The notes beneath the pieces are model-generated. The model worked only from the letters and a program-made list of their open reading frames with translations, made no database searches and had not been told where the DNA came from. DNA of 64,000 bases from Ascoidea asiatica JCM 7603 (Eukaryota > Fungi > Ascomycota), in the NCBI GenBank assembly GCA_001600695.1, contig BCKQ01000006.1, positions 17,258 to 81,257 on the forward strand. Direction: 5' to 3'. How positions within the stretch are numbered: the first letter of the stretch is position 1; the number at the start of each line of letters is the position of its first letter. The position numbers and the translations under genes are program-made. This document shows positions 32,901 to 43,909 of the stretch, in pieces.

Positions 32901-35140
32901 TCATATTTTTGAAATTCCACCAATAATTATATGATATTTTATTAGTAATAATACAATTTTCATCTTGAGACTCTATTCTACTTTTTAGATTCAAAAAATT
33001 AAGATAAAAATCATTATGTAAAAAATAATCACTTGTTAAATCCCAAAGATAAATTTTTTTACCTAATTTTTCAAAAGTATAATTTCCTAAAAATAAATTT
33101 ATAGTATCTTGTCTTGTGGCATCAATAAATGAATTTGAATAAAATCTTTTAACATTTTCAATTAAATCATTTTTTTTAGAAGACCATTGATTAATTTTTC
33201 TATAAGTTTCCATAGTATTAACTAAATTAGAACCACCATATTGTAAAGCAATAATATTTCCATGATCATGATAAATATTTGTTAATAAATTTACAGTATC
33301 TGAGTCATATTCTAAATAAACACTATCAGTTACTCCTAAAGAAAATAATTGATAACCTAAAGCCTTTTTAGCTATTACAAACTGAGCAGCATTTGTTCTA
33401 TCTAAACAATCAATACAATTAGTTCTACAAATACCAACTTGAATATTATTATGGTATTTTTTATCTAATTTATAATAATTATGAAAAAAACCAGTTTCTT
33501 CAAGAACTTTATCAGAATATTTTTCTAAAAATTCTAAAACATTTTGACCATGATCATCCATTTTTGAAGCTTTTGACATATCCCAAGCAGTATAATCAAT
33601 TTTATTTTCATTTGGTAAAAAAGTATTTAAAAAATTTATACAAGATTCAAATTCTTTACCTAATTTAGATTCTCTTGGAATTTTTTCTTTTTGTTTAATT
33701 AAATTTAATATTAAAACTTTTGGACCATATCTTTTAAATAAATTATTAAAATGTAAAGCTGCACAAGTATAATATGGATCAACAAATTTTAAAGCTATTG
33801 GAGGTTTTGCAATTTTATTAATATTTGTTGTACTTTGAATATTATCTTGAGACCAAAATAATGGAATACTACCTCTATGTTGAACAAAAGAAGTATAATT
33901 TGGATTCATGAAAAAACCTCTTAAAGAATCATTAAAAGAAGAAGTTACCATACTTGAAACAATTTGTTCAGTTTCAATTTCATTTGCAACATGACCATTA
34001 TCATTTACACCTCTTTTTAAAAATCTTGCACCTGCAAAATGATGAGATCTTCTTGCAATTATAGTTATATAAATTTTTTTACTAAAAATTGAAATTTGAG
34101 ATTGACTTAAAAAACCATAAATTATTGGTTGAAACCAATCAAAGGTTCTATTATAAATTTCAGTTACTGGTTTTAATAAAGATGAATTCCAAACAAACAT
34201 TTCATTATATTGACCCATATAATTTTTATAAATATTTTGAGTTTGTTGTATTACTTGATTTTCTGGATTCTGAGATAAATTATTAAGATTTTCATTTAAA
34301 GAATTATTAAAATCCAAATTTTTATTATTATTATTATTATTATCATTATTGATATCATTACTTTTATTTTGATTAAGATGTTCATTATTATTGTCATTAT
34401 TATTATTATCTTTAATAGTATTAATATTAATATTAGTTTTATTATTATTATTATCATTTAAAGCTATGATTGGAATTGAATTTGAATTTTCTTGAATATC
34501 AATATTATTAATTGAAGAATCAAATTCAGTATTTAATTTAACAGAATCTGGAGGTACAGTTGATTTTAATTTTAAAGAATTTATAAAATTATATAATTCT
34601 TGATCAGTTATATTATTATTAATATTATTATTAATATTTGAATCATTATTAAATTCAAAATCATAATTATAATAATTAAAATCATCAAATTCATAATTAT
34701 ATTTATAATTAAAATCATCATTATAATTATAATTATAATTATAATTAAAAGATTTAAATTTTTCATTTAAAAAATTATTTTGTAAAGTATTTGTTAAATC
34801 ATAATTATAAGAAAAATAGAAATTTGTATTTAAATTAAAATTTTTAAAAATATTTAAAAATTTTGATTCATTTTCAAAAATTTTTTTATCATTTAAATTT
34901 AAATTTTTATTTTTTTTAAAAAAATTTTTATCATTTGAAATTATTGGTATTAATTCAGTATCTTCAATTTTATAAATATAATGACCTCCAAGAACAGCGA
35001 TTTTTGATCTTTTTGTGATGATATGTAAATAATAATTTTGAGTAAATTTAATGAAACCTAAAAGTCCATAACCAGATATTCTTTTTATTAGGAAACTTTT
35101 TTTTTTATTATCTTTATCTTTTGAAGAATTTGAATTACTT

Positions 35141-35172
<32 letters not shown>

Positions 35173-36105
35173 GTTGTTGATATTTGAATTATTATTATTT
35201 ATTGAATGAATAGAATGATTGGCTGAATGATTTAATGAATAATTTATAGAATGATTGATAGAATGATTAATTGAATGATTGATTGAGTAAATTGTAGAAT
35301 GATTATCTAAATCTTCATTATTATCTAAATTATTATTATTATTATTAGTAGTAGTAGTAGTAGTTGTAGTATTAGCGCTATTAGTATTATTGGCGGTATT
35401 AATATTATTAGTATTAGTATTAGTATTAGTATTAGTATTAGTATTAGTATTAGTATTAGTATTAGTATTAGTATTAGTATTGGTATTATTGAAGTTTGTA
35501 GTAGTAGTATTAATATTAGGAGTATTATTAGATGATTGATTAAAATTTGATTGAGAATTATCATCTAAAGAAGATAAAATTTGAATCATTTGTTTTCTTG
35601 TGAAATAATAATTACTTTCATTTAAATTTAATTTATCAATTGGACCATTTAAATCAATTTCAAGAATTCTAAACATTGATTCTTTATTATTTGAACCAAT
35701 AATAAAAAATTTATCATTTGTTTCATAAATTGTAAATTTTGTTAATATTAATTTTCTTGATTTGAATGGTGATATTGATAATGATGAAATTTTATTAAAA
35801 TTTAAATTTGAATTTAAATTTGAATTTAAATTTGAATTTAGGTTATTATTTACATTATTATTTAGGTTATTATTTAAATTATTATTTACATTATTTATGT
35901 TATTATTATTATTATTTGATTGATAATATTGATAATTTGTATTTGAATCATTAAAATCCAAAGAATTTGGATCTATATTAGAATCATTATTAATATTAGA
36001 ATTGATATTAGAATTAGTTACTTGATTTGGAAATTGAAAAGTATTTGAAGAATTATGAAAATCAGATTTATTTGAAGTATTTGAAGTATGAGATATATTT
36101 GACAT
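29983..36105 (-). CDS. FIG4: SAC-domain PI(3,5)P2 5-phosphatase, greatly expanded (2040 aa)
   Basis: [58 protein letters not shown], catalytic [12 protein letters not shown] and ALQYGGS. Confidence 0.95.
35407..35478. repeat. (ATTAGT)12 microsatellite encoding (NT)n within FIG4
   Basis: Twelve perfect hexamers, directly visible. Confidence 0.9.
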
Positions 36106-37036
36106 TATTATTATTATTAATAGCTAAATTATTTGAGAACTAAGATCATTTTGGTTTCATGAATTCCATTAAATATAAAAGTCAATTAAATATCATAAAG
36201 ATAAGAAAATAATAATCAAGATAAATATATTTTTATTTCAATTGTTTTTGAATATTGTTATTGTTGTTTAAATCAAAATCTAAATCCATTGAATTTAGAT
36301 CAATAAACATAATAAATAGATAAAGAAATAAATATGAGACAGTAGTTGCATCACGTGCATAGCGCTGCTTTTCACTTTTCTCTCTGCGCCTCATAAAATC
36401 AGCCTCTGCTATCCTGTAACAGAAACACACTCGCCACACTAAGCTCAACTGCCACAGAGTTAAGCTTAGGAAGCTCATTCCCATTGCAATGGTTTTTAGC
36501 TGTAAGATTACACTATTTTTTCATTTGGCTTGAGAGTGGATATTTTGCGTGGTGGAACACAGACAACAAAAGAAGGTCGATTATTGACTTTGATAGTATT
36601 TTGTATTCTACAACTGTTTTCTTTTTCCTCAATTCCTTTGTTATTTTTTATTCTGAAAACACTTTCATTGAGAATATTTTGGTTTTTTATTGCTATAACC
36701 AAAGCAATCTTAACAACAATAGCCAGCAATACTCTTTGGATAGCAATCGTTTTATGAAAATTTTACAAATTGTTTCAATGCATTTGGAATAGTCTTTAAA
36801 ATATACAAAAATATTTTCACAATGTTTTAACAAATATGAGAAATATAGAATTGCTATATAAGGCTCGATTTATTCGTATCTAAAATTTTTTATTTTTTAT
36901 TAATAATCTTACTATTATTTTCCTTCATCTTGTTCAATTTATCTTTTTTTGCTACTTAAAATTAAAGATAATAATTTATTTTATCAACTTAATCAAATAT
37001 AAATCTAAGGTTAAAAAAAAAAAAAATTCAGTAAAA

Positions 37037-37276
37037 ATGCCTGTGACTGAAGAAACAAATCCAATTAATCCTAGGATATCTGATATTATTGCTAGAAATT
37101 CAACTGAATCTTTAAATTCTGAAAATGATTCAAATCAAGTAGAACCTGAATGGATTTGTAATATTAAAAAAAAAATGAGTATTTCATATTTAATTAATCC
37201 AAAAAATTCTAAAATTAGATATTTATGTTATTATACTTTGTCAGATGATAAAATTAACAAACTCAATAATAATTAA
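37037..37276 (+). CDS. Small hypothetical protein (79 aa) with an MSIxxLIN motif
   Basis: Good ATG context (GTAAAA ATG), a TATATAA about 180 bp upstream, a pyrimidine-rich leader and host-like codon use. Confidence 0.5.
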   Translation: MPVTEETNPINPRISDIIARNSTESLNSENDSNQVEPEWICNIKKKMSISYLINPKNSKIRYLCYYTLSDDKINKLNNN

Positions 37277-37660
37277 AAAATGTTTTTCAAAAGAATTAAA
37301 TATCAGTTAATCAAATAAAAAAATTATATAACTTTAATAATAAATGTTTATTCTTTAAAAACCAATTACAGAATCAGTGTAAGTAAACATAAAAAAGTTT
37401 ACAATTTAAAATAATATCAATAAAAAGAAGTCTGAAACTTTTTAAAATGAGGTAAGAAATGTAATAGAATGAATATTCTAACTGAGTTTAAAGAAACAGT
37501 CAAATTTAGAAAAGAGCATAATAAATTTCATTACACAAATTCGTATAATGCTAGTTATTTATTCAATTAAATGTTTTAAGAATGTATATTTAATTTTTAA
37601 AAAAATATGATATATAAATATATATTTATATATTATTATAATAATATTTTATAAAATATT

Positions 37661-39241
37661 TTAATCTTGATTTTGTGCAGCCAATTGCCAAGGAGGAATT
37701 GAAGAATTTGGTTTATTATTTGTAATATTATTTGTAGAATTATTAATTGAATTTGAAGAAGAATTTATAAAATTTGTAGAAATTGAAGATGTACTTGAAG
37801 AGGTTGAAGTATTAGAAACATTAGAACCATTGGAAATATTGGGTAAAGTATTTAAAATTTGATTAGGAATTGGAGAAGAAGTAGAAGAAGATGATGATAT
37901 TGATGGGTTTAATATAGGTTCAGGTATAATATTTTTACTTTGATTTGGTAAACTTTGACTTGATAAATTTTGATTTAAAGAATTTTGATTAATTAAATCT
38001 TCATTTAATTGATTCAGACTATTTTGACTTCCTTGATTTGATTGAGTTAATGGATTTTTTTGATTTTGCAATTTTAAACGATCTTCTAATTGTTGTTGTT
38101 GTATTTTTAACTGTAATTGGTGTTGATGTTTTTTAATAATTTCTGAAGCAGAAGGTATTGAATTAATATTTGGTAATGATCTAGGTAAATTAATATTTGA
38201 ATTTGAATTTGAATTTGAATTTAAATTTAAATTTGAATTTGAATTAGAGTTAAAGTTATTATTATTACTATTAGTTATATTATCATTAGTATTTAATAAA
38301 TTATTTTTATTTACAATTAATTTTTTTAAAGAATTTAAATCATTTTGAATATTACTTAATTGATTATTTAAAATAAATTTATTTTTATCAAAAGAATTTT
38401 TTAAATTATTTTTAATATCATCAATTTCTAATTTAATTAATTTTAAATCATTATTAAAATTATTTAAATTTTCTACTGAATTTGAATTTAAATTTTTAAA
38501 AGTTGTTAACATTTTATTAATTTCAATTGAATTTAAATTATCATTTTCTTTTAAAATTTTAATATCATCTTCAAAATAAGATAAATAATTTTCAAATTTT
38601 TTAAATTCTAAATTTATTTGTTCTTTATCTTTATCTAATTGAGATTTATTTTGTGGTAAAATAAAAGATGGTATTAGAAATTTTTTAAAAATTTGATATA
38701 TACCATAAGATAAACCAGCAGTTGTAGTTGCCATTACAAAATAATCTTTCCAATCTCTTTCTGGAATTGGAGGTGGTAATTCTAAAGGACTTGGATAATT
38801 ATATAGTTGTTGTTGTTGACGATTCTGTAATGGTTGCTGTTGTGGTGGTGATGATTGTTGCTGTTGTTGTTGAGGGATAGTTTGTGTGGTTGTTGGAAAA
38901 GCATTATTGATATTGTTGGAATCTTTAAGTCTTTTTAAAGCTTCTTGGATTTCATCATCACTTAATTCTTTTGATTGTAAAAATTCGATCTTCTTATTTA
39001 AAGGACTACTTGCAATTTGAGGATTTTTCAAAAACTCTATTGCATTAAGTATAAATTCTTCCCTTAAAGGTAAACTAGCAGTATTAACTGAAGAAACAGG
39101 AGGATAAACAACAGGAACAGTGGAAGCTGTAGAGGCAGTTGAACCATTTCCACTTCCTGCTACAATTCCAGTTCCAGCACCAGTATCAACACCAGTTTCA
39201 GTTCCAGTGCTTGAATTGTTATTGTTATTAGGAGAAGACAT
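37661..39241 (-). CDS. PEX14: Peroxisomal docking protein Pex14
   Basis: REEFILNAIEFLKNPQIASSPLNKKIEFLQSKELSDDEIQEAL (Pex14_N), PPPIPERDWKDYFVMAT, a coiled coil and the C-terminal IPPWQ. Confidence 0.95.
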   Translation of the reverse strand: MSSPNNNNNSSTGTETGVDTGAGTGIVAGSGNGSTASTASTVPVVYPPVSSVNTASLPLREEFILNAIEFLKNPQIASSPLNKKIEFLQSKELSDDEIQEALKRLKDSNNINNAFPTTTQTIPQQQQQQSSPPQQQPLQNRQQQQLYNYPSPLELPPPIPERDWKDYFVMATTTAGLSYGIYQIFKKFLIPSFILPQNKSQLDKDKEQINLEFKKFENYLSYFEDDIKILKENDNLNSIEINKMLTTFKNLNSNSVENLNNFNNDLKLIKLEIDDIKNNLKNSFDKNKFILNNQLSNIQNDLNSLKKLIVNKNNLLNTNDNITNSNNNNFNSNSNSNLNLNSNSNSNSNINLPRSLPNINSIPSASEIIKKHQHQLQLKIQQQQLEDRLKLQNQKNPLTQSNQGSQNSLNQLNEDLINQNSLNQNLSSQSLPNQSKNIIPEPILNPSISSSSSTSSPIPNQILNTLPNISNGSNVSNTSTSSSTSSISTNFINSSSNSINNSTNNITNNKPNSSIPPWQLAAQNQD

Positions 39242-41643
39242 CTTATATAATATATTGAACTCTAATAAATGGATGCAGTCTTTCCTGATACCTGTATCTT
39301 TATTAAATATTTCAATTCAATAATTGTACTGAATATCTCTATTCAATTCAAATCTCTATTTGGGATCTGATATCTTTATCTGGTAAACTTATTTCTCCTC
39401 GAAATTATTTCGGGGAAAGTTAAGGCACGTGACTATATATAAAAAAAGTCACGTTGGTGCGGATATAATTTAGTTTCTTTATTTGGCCATACCTCCGAGC
39501 AAGAGTGAATTCCCTAAATAAATAGGGTTCACTTTAATGAATTTTAATACAAGAATCTAAAATTGTTAATGGTGAATATTTCAATGGACTATAAAACAAA
39601 TTTACCTCTATTTTTATTATCTTTTTTAAGTTTCCTTCGTTTTCACTGTTTATTAATATATGATGCATGATTTATGAATCAAGAAATAATGTAAACTAAA
39701 ATTTTTGGACTTTTTTTTTTTGATTTGAATTATTTTTTGTCTATTTGAAATGTAGCAAATAACACAATTATTACAAGAATCTTGCTTAAAATCAAATTTT
39801 GAAATGTTAAATCAAATTTGAAATCAATTTAAAAGTCATAATGTGAAATAATGATAATCTATTATATATAAATTCAGTTGAAGGTAATCCGCTTTAATAT
39901 TATTTCAAATTTATATCTTTTCGGGTTTTAAACTAATTAATATAGCTCTATTATATTTTTTTGAAACTCAAATTTTTTTTTTTTTTTAGATTAAAAAATC
40001 ATATTTTATACTACCCCTAATCATATCACTTTAGTTTAGACCCTTTTCTGAATAATTGCATTAATAGCTAAAGTAGATTAAGAAGTATCATTAAATTTTA
40101 GATGATAGAAAATATTTGAAAAAAAGTCGTAAATGAGCAATTCATGTTAATGATAAAGTTAAAGAAAAACATTTCAAGGAAAAGATATAGTTTTGAGAAC
40201 AAATTTGAATGAAAGATCACATTTGGGATTTCTTAATATTTTTGAAAAAGGGATAATTAAGTAAAAAAATAGCAGGCTCAATATTCCGGATGCTTTAATA
40301 TGCAGTTAGATAAGTGACCTCTGCAGAACCCATGATTAACTCTAAATAAGCTTAAAATTGTTGATTGTTTTTAGGCAATAGATCTTGAATGAATACTATT
40401 CCTTAGACGATAACTTCTAGTATTGGCTCTTAAACATGCTTAAAAACTTGATAACAAAACCATAATACTAGTTGAAGTTAGCTCTTTATATAATAGTTCT
40501 GCTCTGAATTTTTATGATATTAACAATCCTAAAATATATAATCCATATTTAACTAGTAGATATACAAAAAAAAGCTAGAATGTTTTAGATTATTAATTTT
40601 ATGAAATATCTCAACCAGTTTTATAAAAATTTGAAAGTTAGCTGCATGAAAAACATTAATATTCAGTCTTTCCTGTAAACATTTTTAGAGAGGCACTGAA
40701 ATATATATATTGCAAATAAAGGAAAGGTTCCAATTTTCTTTAAGGATAAATTTTTATGAATCATTTGATAATTTTTTTCTTGGACACATTGAGTTCAAAC
40801 ACTGGGTATTTTATTATTTTGTCATATCCCAAGTCAAGTTAGGATTCGAATAGTTGATTTTAGGATTCGATTTTTCACAAAAAGCTCTAAAATTTGACCT
40901 AATCAATGCAAATTTATAAATTACTTATAGAAAAACAATAAATCAATAAATAGCATTTCGACTAAGTCATCATTGAAAACATAGGAATCGAATTGAAAAA
41001 TTATAAAAAATATTAATACTGAAATTCAATATGATTTGTTAATAATTTGAAAAGATTTATTTAAAAAATGAGATTATATTCTTATCGTCATTATTTTGTC
41101 TATTAATTGTTCTACTATTTTGTTTATTTTGATTTAGAATGGGGATAAATTCGAAATGTTGTAATATCTGCTATTATTCATCTTTTGCTTCTTTGAAATT
41201 TTCCATTCTACTGTAAATTCCAAAGTATCCAATCATTTTTTTCAATTTCTTTTTTTCTGTCAGTAATATATTATTGTTAGTAGTTTACTTATTGATATTT
41301 TATCTTCAGATTGACTAAGTTTTTACTTCAAAATATTGAATTCAAAACAGATAACTCTGGTTATCGTGTTTCTATTAAGTTATTATATTTTAAGATATTT
41401 TGATCGATCACATGATATGAATTGGAATGACTCCAAATTGAATCCAGTTTTGTGGATACTTATATTAAATTTAGGGCAATTGTCTAGGTCTGTCCGGTAA
41501 AAAAAAAAGTATAAACATTTTGAGTATTTAACGTTCGTGGTGGAAATTATTTTTAGATGAGTGATATTATTAGTATTTTTATTAGTGATACTAACTTTAT
41601 TGAATTTGGTGATATTAAAGAAGACAGAGGAAATAAATAAGTG

Positions 41644-42300
41644 ATGAGTAACAATTTTCAAATAAATTCAAGAAACAATGCAACCAATGACAATAAGACT
41701 GATGGCCCAGCTTTTAAAGATGATATGATTATTTATCAGGATAGAGGTCTTTCAAAGAATACCTCAATGGTTCATGGATTAAATCCAGTATTATTATTTG
41801 AAAAAATTATCAGAGAAAGAATTCAAGATTCAGTTTATTGGAAATTGAATTGTTTCTCACTAAATCCACTAACTCTAATAGATAAATGTTCATTAATTAA
41901 AATAGTTTCTGGACAAGATTTAAGTCAAAGACCATCACATTTTCAATGTATTTTGTTAAAATTATTACAAATCAATCCTAAAGAGGAGATTATTTTAGAA
42001 TATTTGAATCAAAACAGGTTTAAATATTTAACTTGTCTAGCTTTAATTTATATTAGGTTATGTTTTGATTCAAAAAAAGTTTATAAAATTCTTAAAAAAT
42101 TTTATAATGATTATAGAAAAATTAGATTTAGAACAAATGAAGGTATTGTTATTTTATATCATATTGATGAATTTGTCGATAATTTATTAATGGACAAAAG
42201 AGTGTGTGATTTAATACTTCCCTACTTACCTCCAGAAAATGAAGATGATGAAGATGATGACGAGGATAATCAGGAAGGCGAGGACTTAGAAGAAGAGTAA
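41644..42300 (+). CDS. PRP38: Pre-mRNA splicing factor Prp38
   Basis: VHGLNPVLLFEKIIRERIQDSVYWK, PSHFQCILLKLLQINP, FKYLTCLALIYIRL, NDYRKIR and HIDEFVDNLL; first ATG at 41644. Confidence 0.93.
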   Translation: MSNNFQINSRNNATNDNKTDGPAFKDDMIIYQDRGLSKNTSMVHGLNPVLLFEKIIRERIQDSVYWKLNCFSLNPLTLIDKCSLIKIVSGQDLSQRPSHFQCILLKLLQINPKEEIILEYLNQNRFKYLTCLALIYIRLCFDSKKVYKILKKFYNDYRKIRFRTNEGIVILYHIDEFVDNLLMDKRVCDLILPYLPPENEDDEDDDEDNQEGEDLEEE

Positions 42301-42339
42301 GATGAAAGTGAATTTTAATTCCAAAAGTCATTACAACTA

Positions 42340-42800
42340 TCGTACTTAATTAATGGATACCAATTACTGAAAATTGTCTATGAATTTTACCGTTTATTAG
42401 TGAAGTATGATTTATCTGATATTTCACCAAAATCGAAACATGATTATACAAATGGAACCTCAAAACCACATGTAGTAAAAAAAATTAGCAATAATGAAGA
42501 AGATACCAATAATTTCAAAAAATCAATTTAGATAATGGATTTTATGATAATTGTCTCAGATACGATTATGAAATTGATAAATGTTACAAGAAACCTGAAT
42601 TTTTCAATGATTTATTTATCATAAAGAATCTTGTTAATAATAGTATTTAGTATAAATGGTTATACTGGCGCTGTTGCAATTACCCTGTCAATGAATGTGG
42701 TTTGTCATATGCTATATTGAATATTGAAAGAAGTTGTAATTATGAATTGTTTTTATACTTCAAAAATTGTATGGAAAAAAAATATGGAAGTTGAAAAAGT
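42340..42800 (+). pseudogene. Possible decayed coding sequence of unknown family
   Basis: Near-open frames (INGYQLLKIVYEFYRLLVKYDLSD...; LDNGFYDNCLRYDYEIDKC...*YKWLYWRCCNYPVNECG...) with scattered stops and shifts. Confidence 0.3.
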
Positions 42801-43086
42801 CTGGGGAACAAATCGATGTCTTAAGAGTAATAAAACTCTTAGAAAGTAGAAAATAGAAGCCAAGATCAATAGGAGAATTCAAGAAGTGACAAAAATGAAA
42901 CAAAAAATAAAATAACAAATGAACCAAATAACATAGTTTCTCCAATTGAAAATATTAGAAACAAATATTTACTTTTTTACATAACTTAAAATCTCATTCT
43001 GTTAACTACAAGAGAAATTTCATTAGAAATTAGGATTTATAATAATTTAATTACTCATACATAATATTGAAACTCCTTATAACCAA

Positions 43087-43672
43087 TCATTCATCAATAC
43101 TTTTGAAAATAAAATTACATTTTAAGCAAACATAAATTAAAACCATACTTGCACTTTTATTTTTTGCTTTTGTTTGAAAAAAAACACACTCTTTATTTTT
43201 TGATTCATTTGTATTTTTAATTTCTTTTTCTTCTTTTTTCTCATTATTTGAACTATTTTTTTCAAAATTTTTTGTTTTACAATTTGGGCATTCTTTATCA
43301 GATCTTGGTAATGTTGGATCTTTTCCAATTTCTTTAGCAAAAGTTAAAATGTTTTCACTTTCTTCTTTATCTTTTATTATTATCCTATTCGTATAAATTT
43401 TTGATGAAAAGTTTTTGTTTGCTGAATAGTTTTTGCAATTTTTGCAATAATATTTTAATTTCTTACAAGATTTACCCTTATTCTCATTAATTTCTTTGAT
43501 TTCGTCTTTTATATTTTCATAAGCTTCTCTTGGGTATAAAATATTATTACTTATTAAATCATAATAAACATTCCAAATAAAACTGTTAGCCAAATAAATC
43601 AAAGTCACGTTCAATAAAAAGTTTTTTATTTTTTTTTACTTACCATTTTTCACAAAAATTGAAATAGCCCAT
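43087..43672 (-). CDS. RPB9: Divergent RNA polymerase II subunit Rpb9-like protein; exon 1 43672-43644, intron 43643-43550, exon 2 43549-43087
   Basis: Spliced product MGYFNFCEKCNNILYPRE...YYCKNC...EIGKDPTLPRSDKECPNC...ECVFFQ...SMVLIYVCLKCNFIF (two Zn ribbons plus DPTLPR). Intron signals are GTAAGT..GGCTAAC..AAG. Confidence 0.88.
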
Positions 43673-43909
43673 TTTTGTTGTAATTTAAAATGCTTATTAA
43701 ACCCTTTTACGAGAAGAATTTTACAAAAAAAATGGTATCATCTCATTTATTTATATTTAATCAGCCTATTCGTTATTTAAAAATTACCTATTTTGATTGA
43801 CTATTTAAGTACAAAATTAAAAGTTTCCCAAAACTGTTGAAAGTGGCCTTAAAAGTACTCTATTTACATTTTATAATACAAATTTACAGATTGACTTTTT
43901 TTTTGTTCC

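Noticed and set aside
39426-39433. GTCACGTG sites (also 58445-58452) as CDEI of a point centromere
   Set aside because: There is no following CDEII AT tract with a CDEIII CCG motif at a plausible spacing, and both sites sit in promoters.
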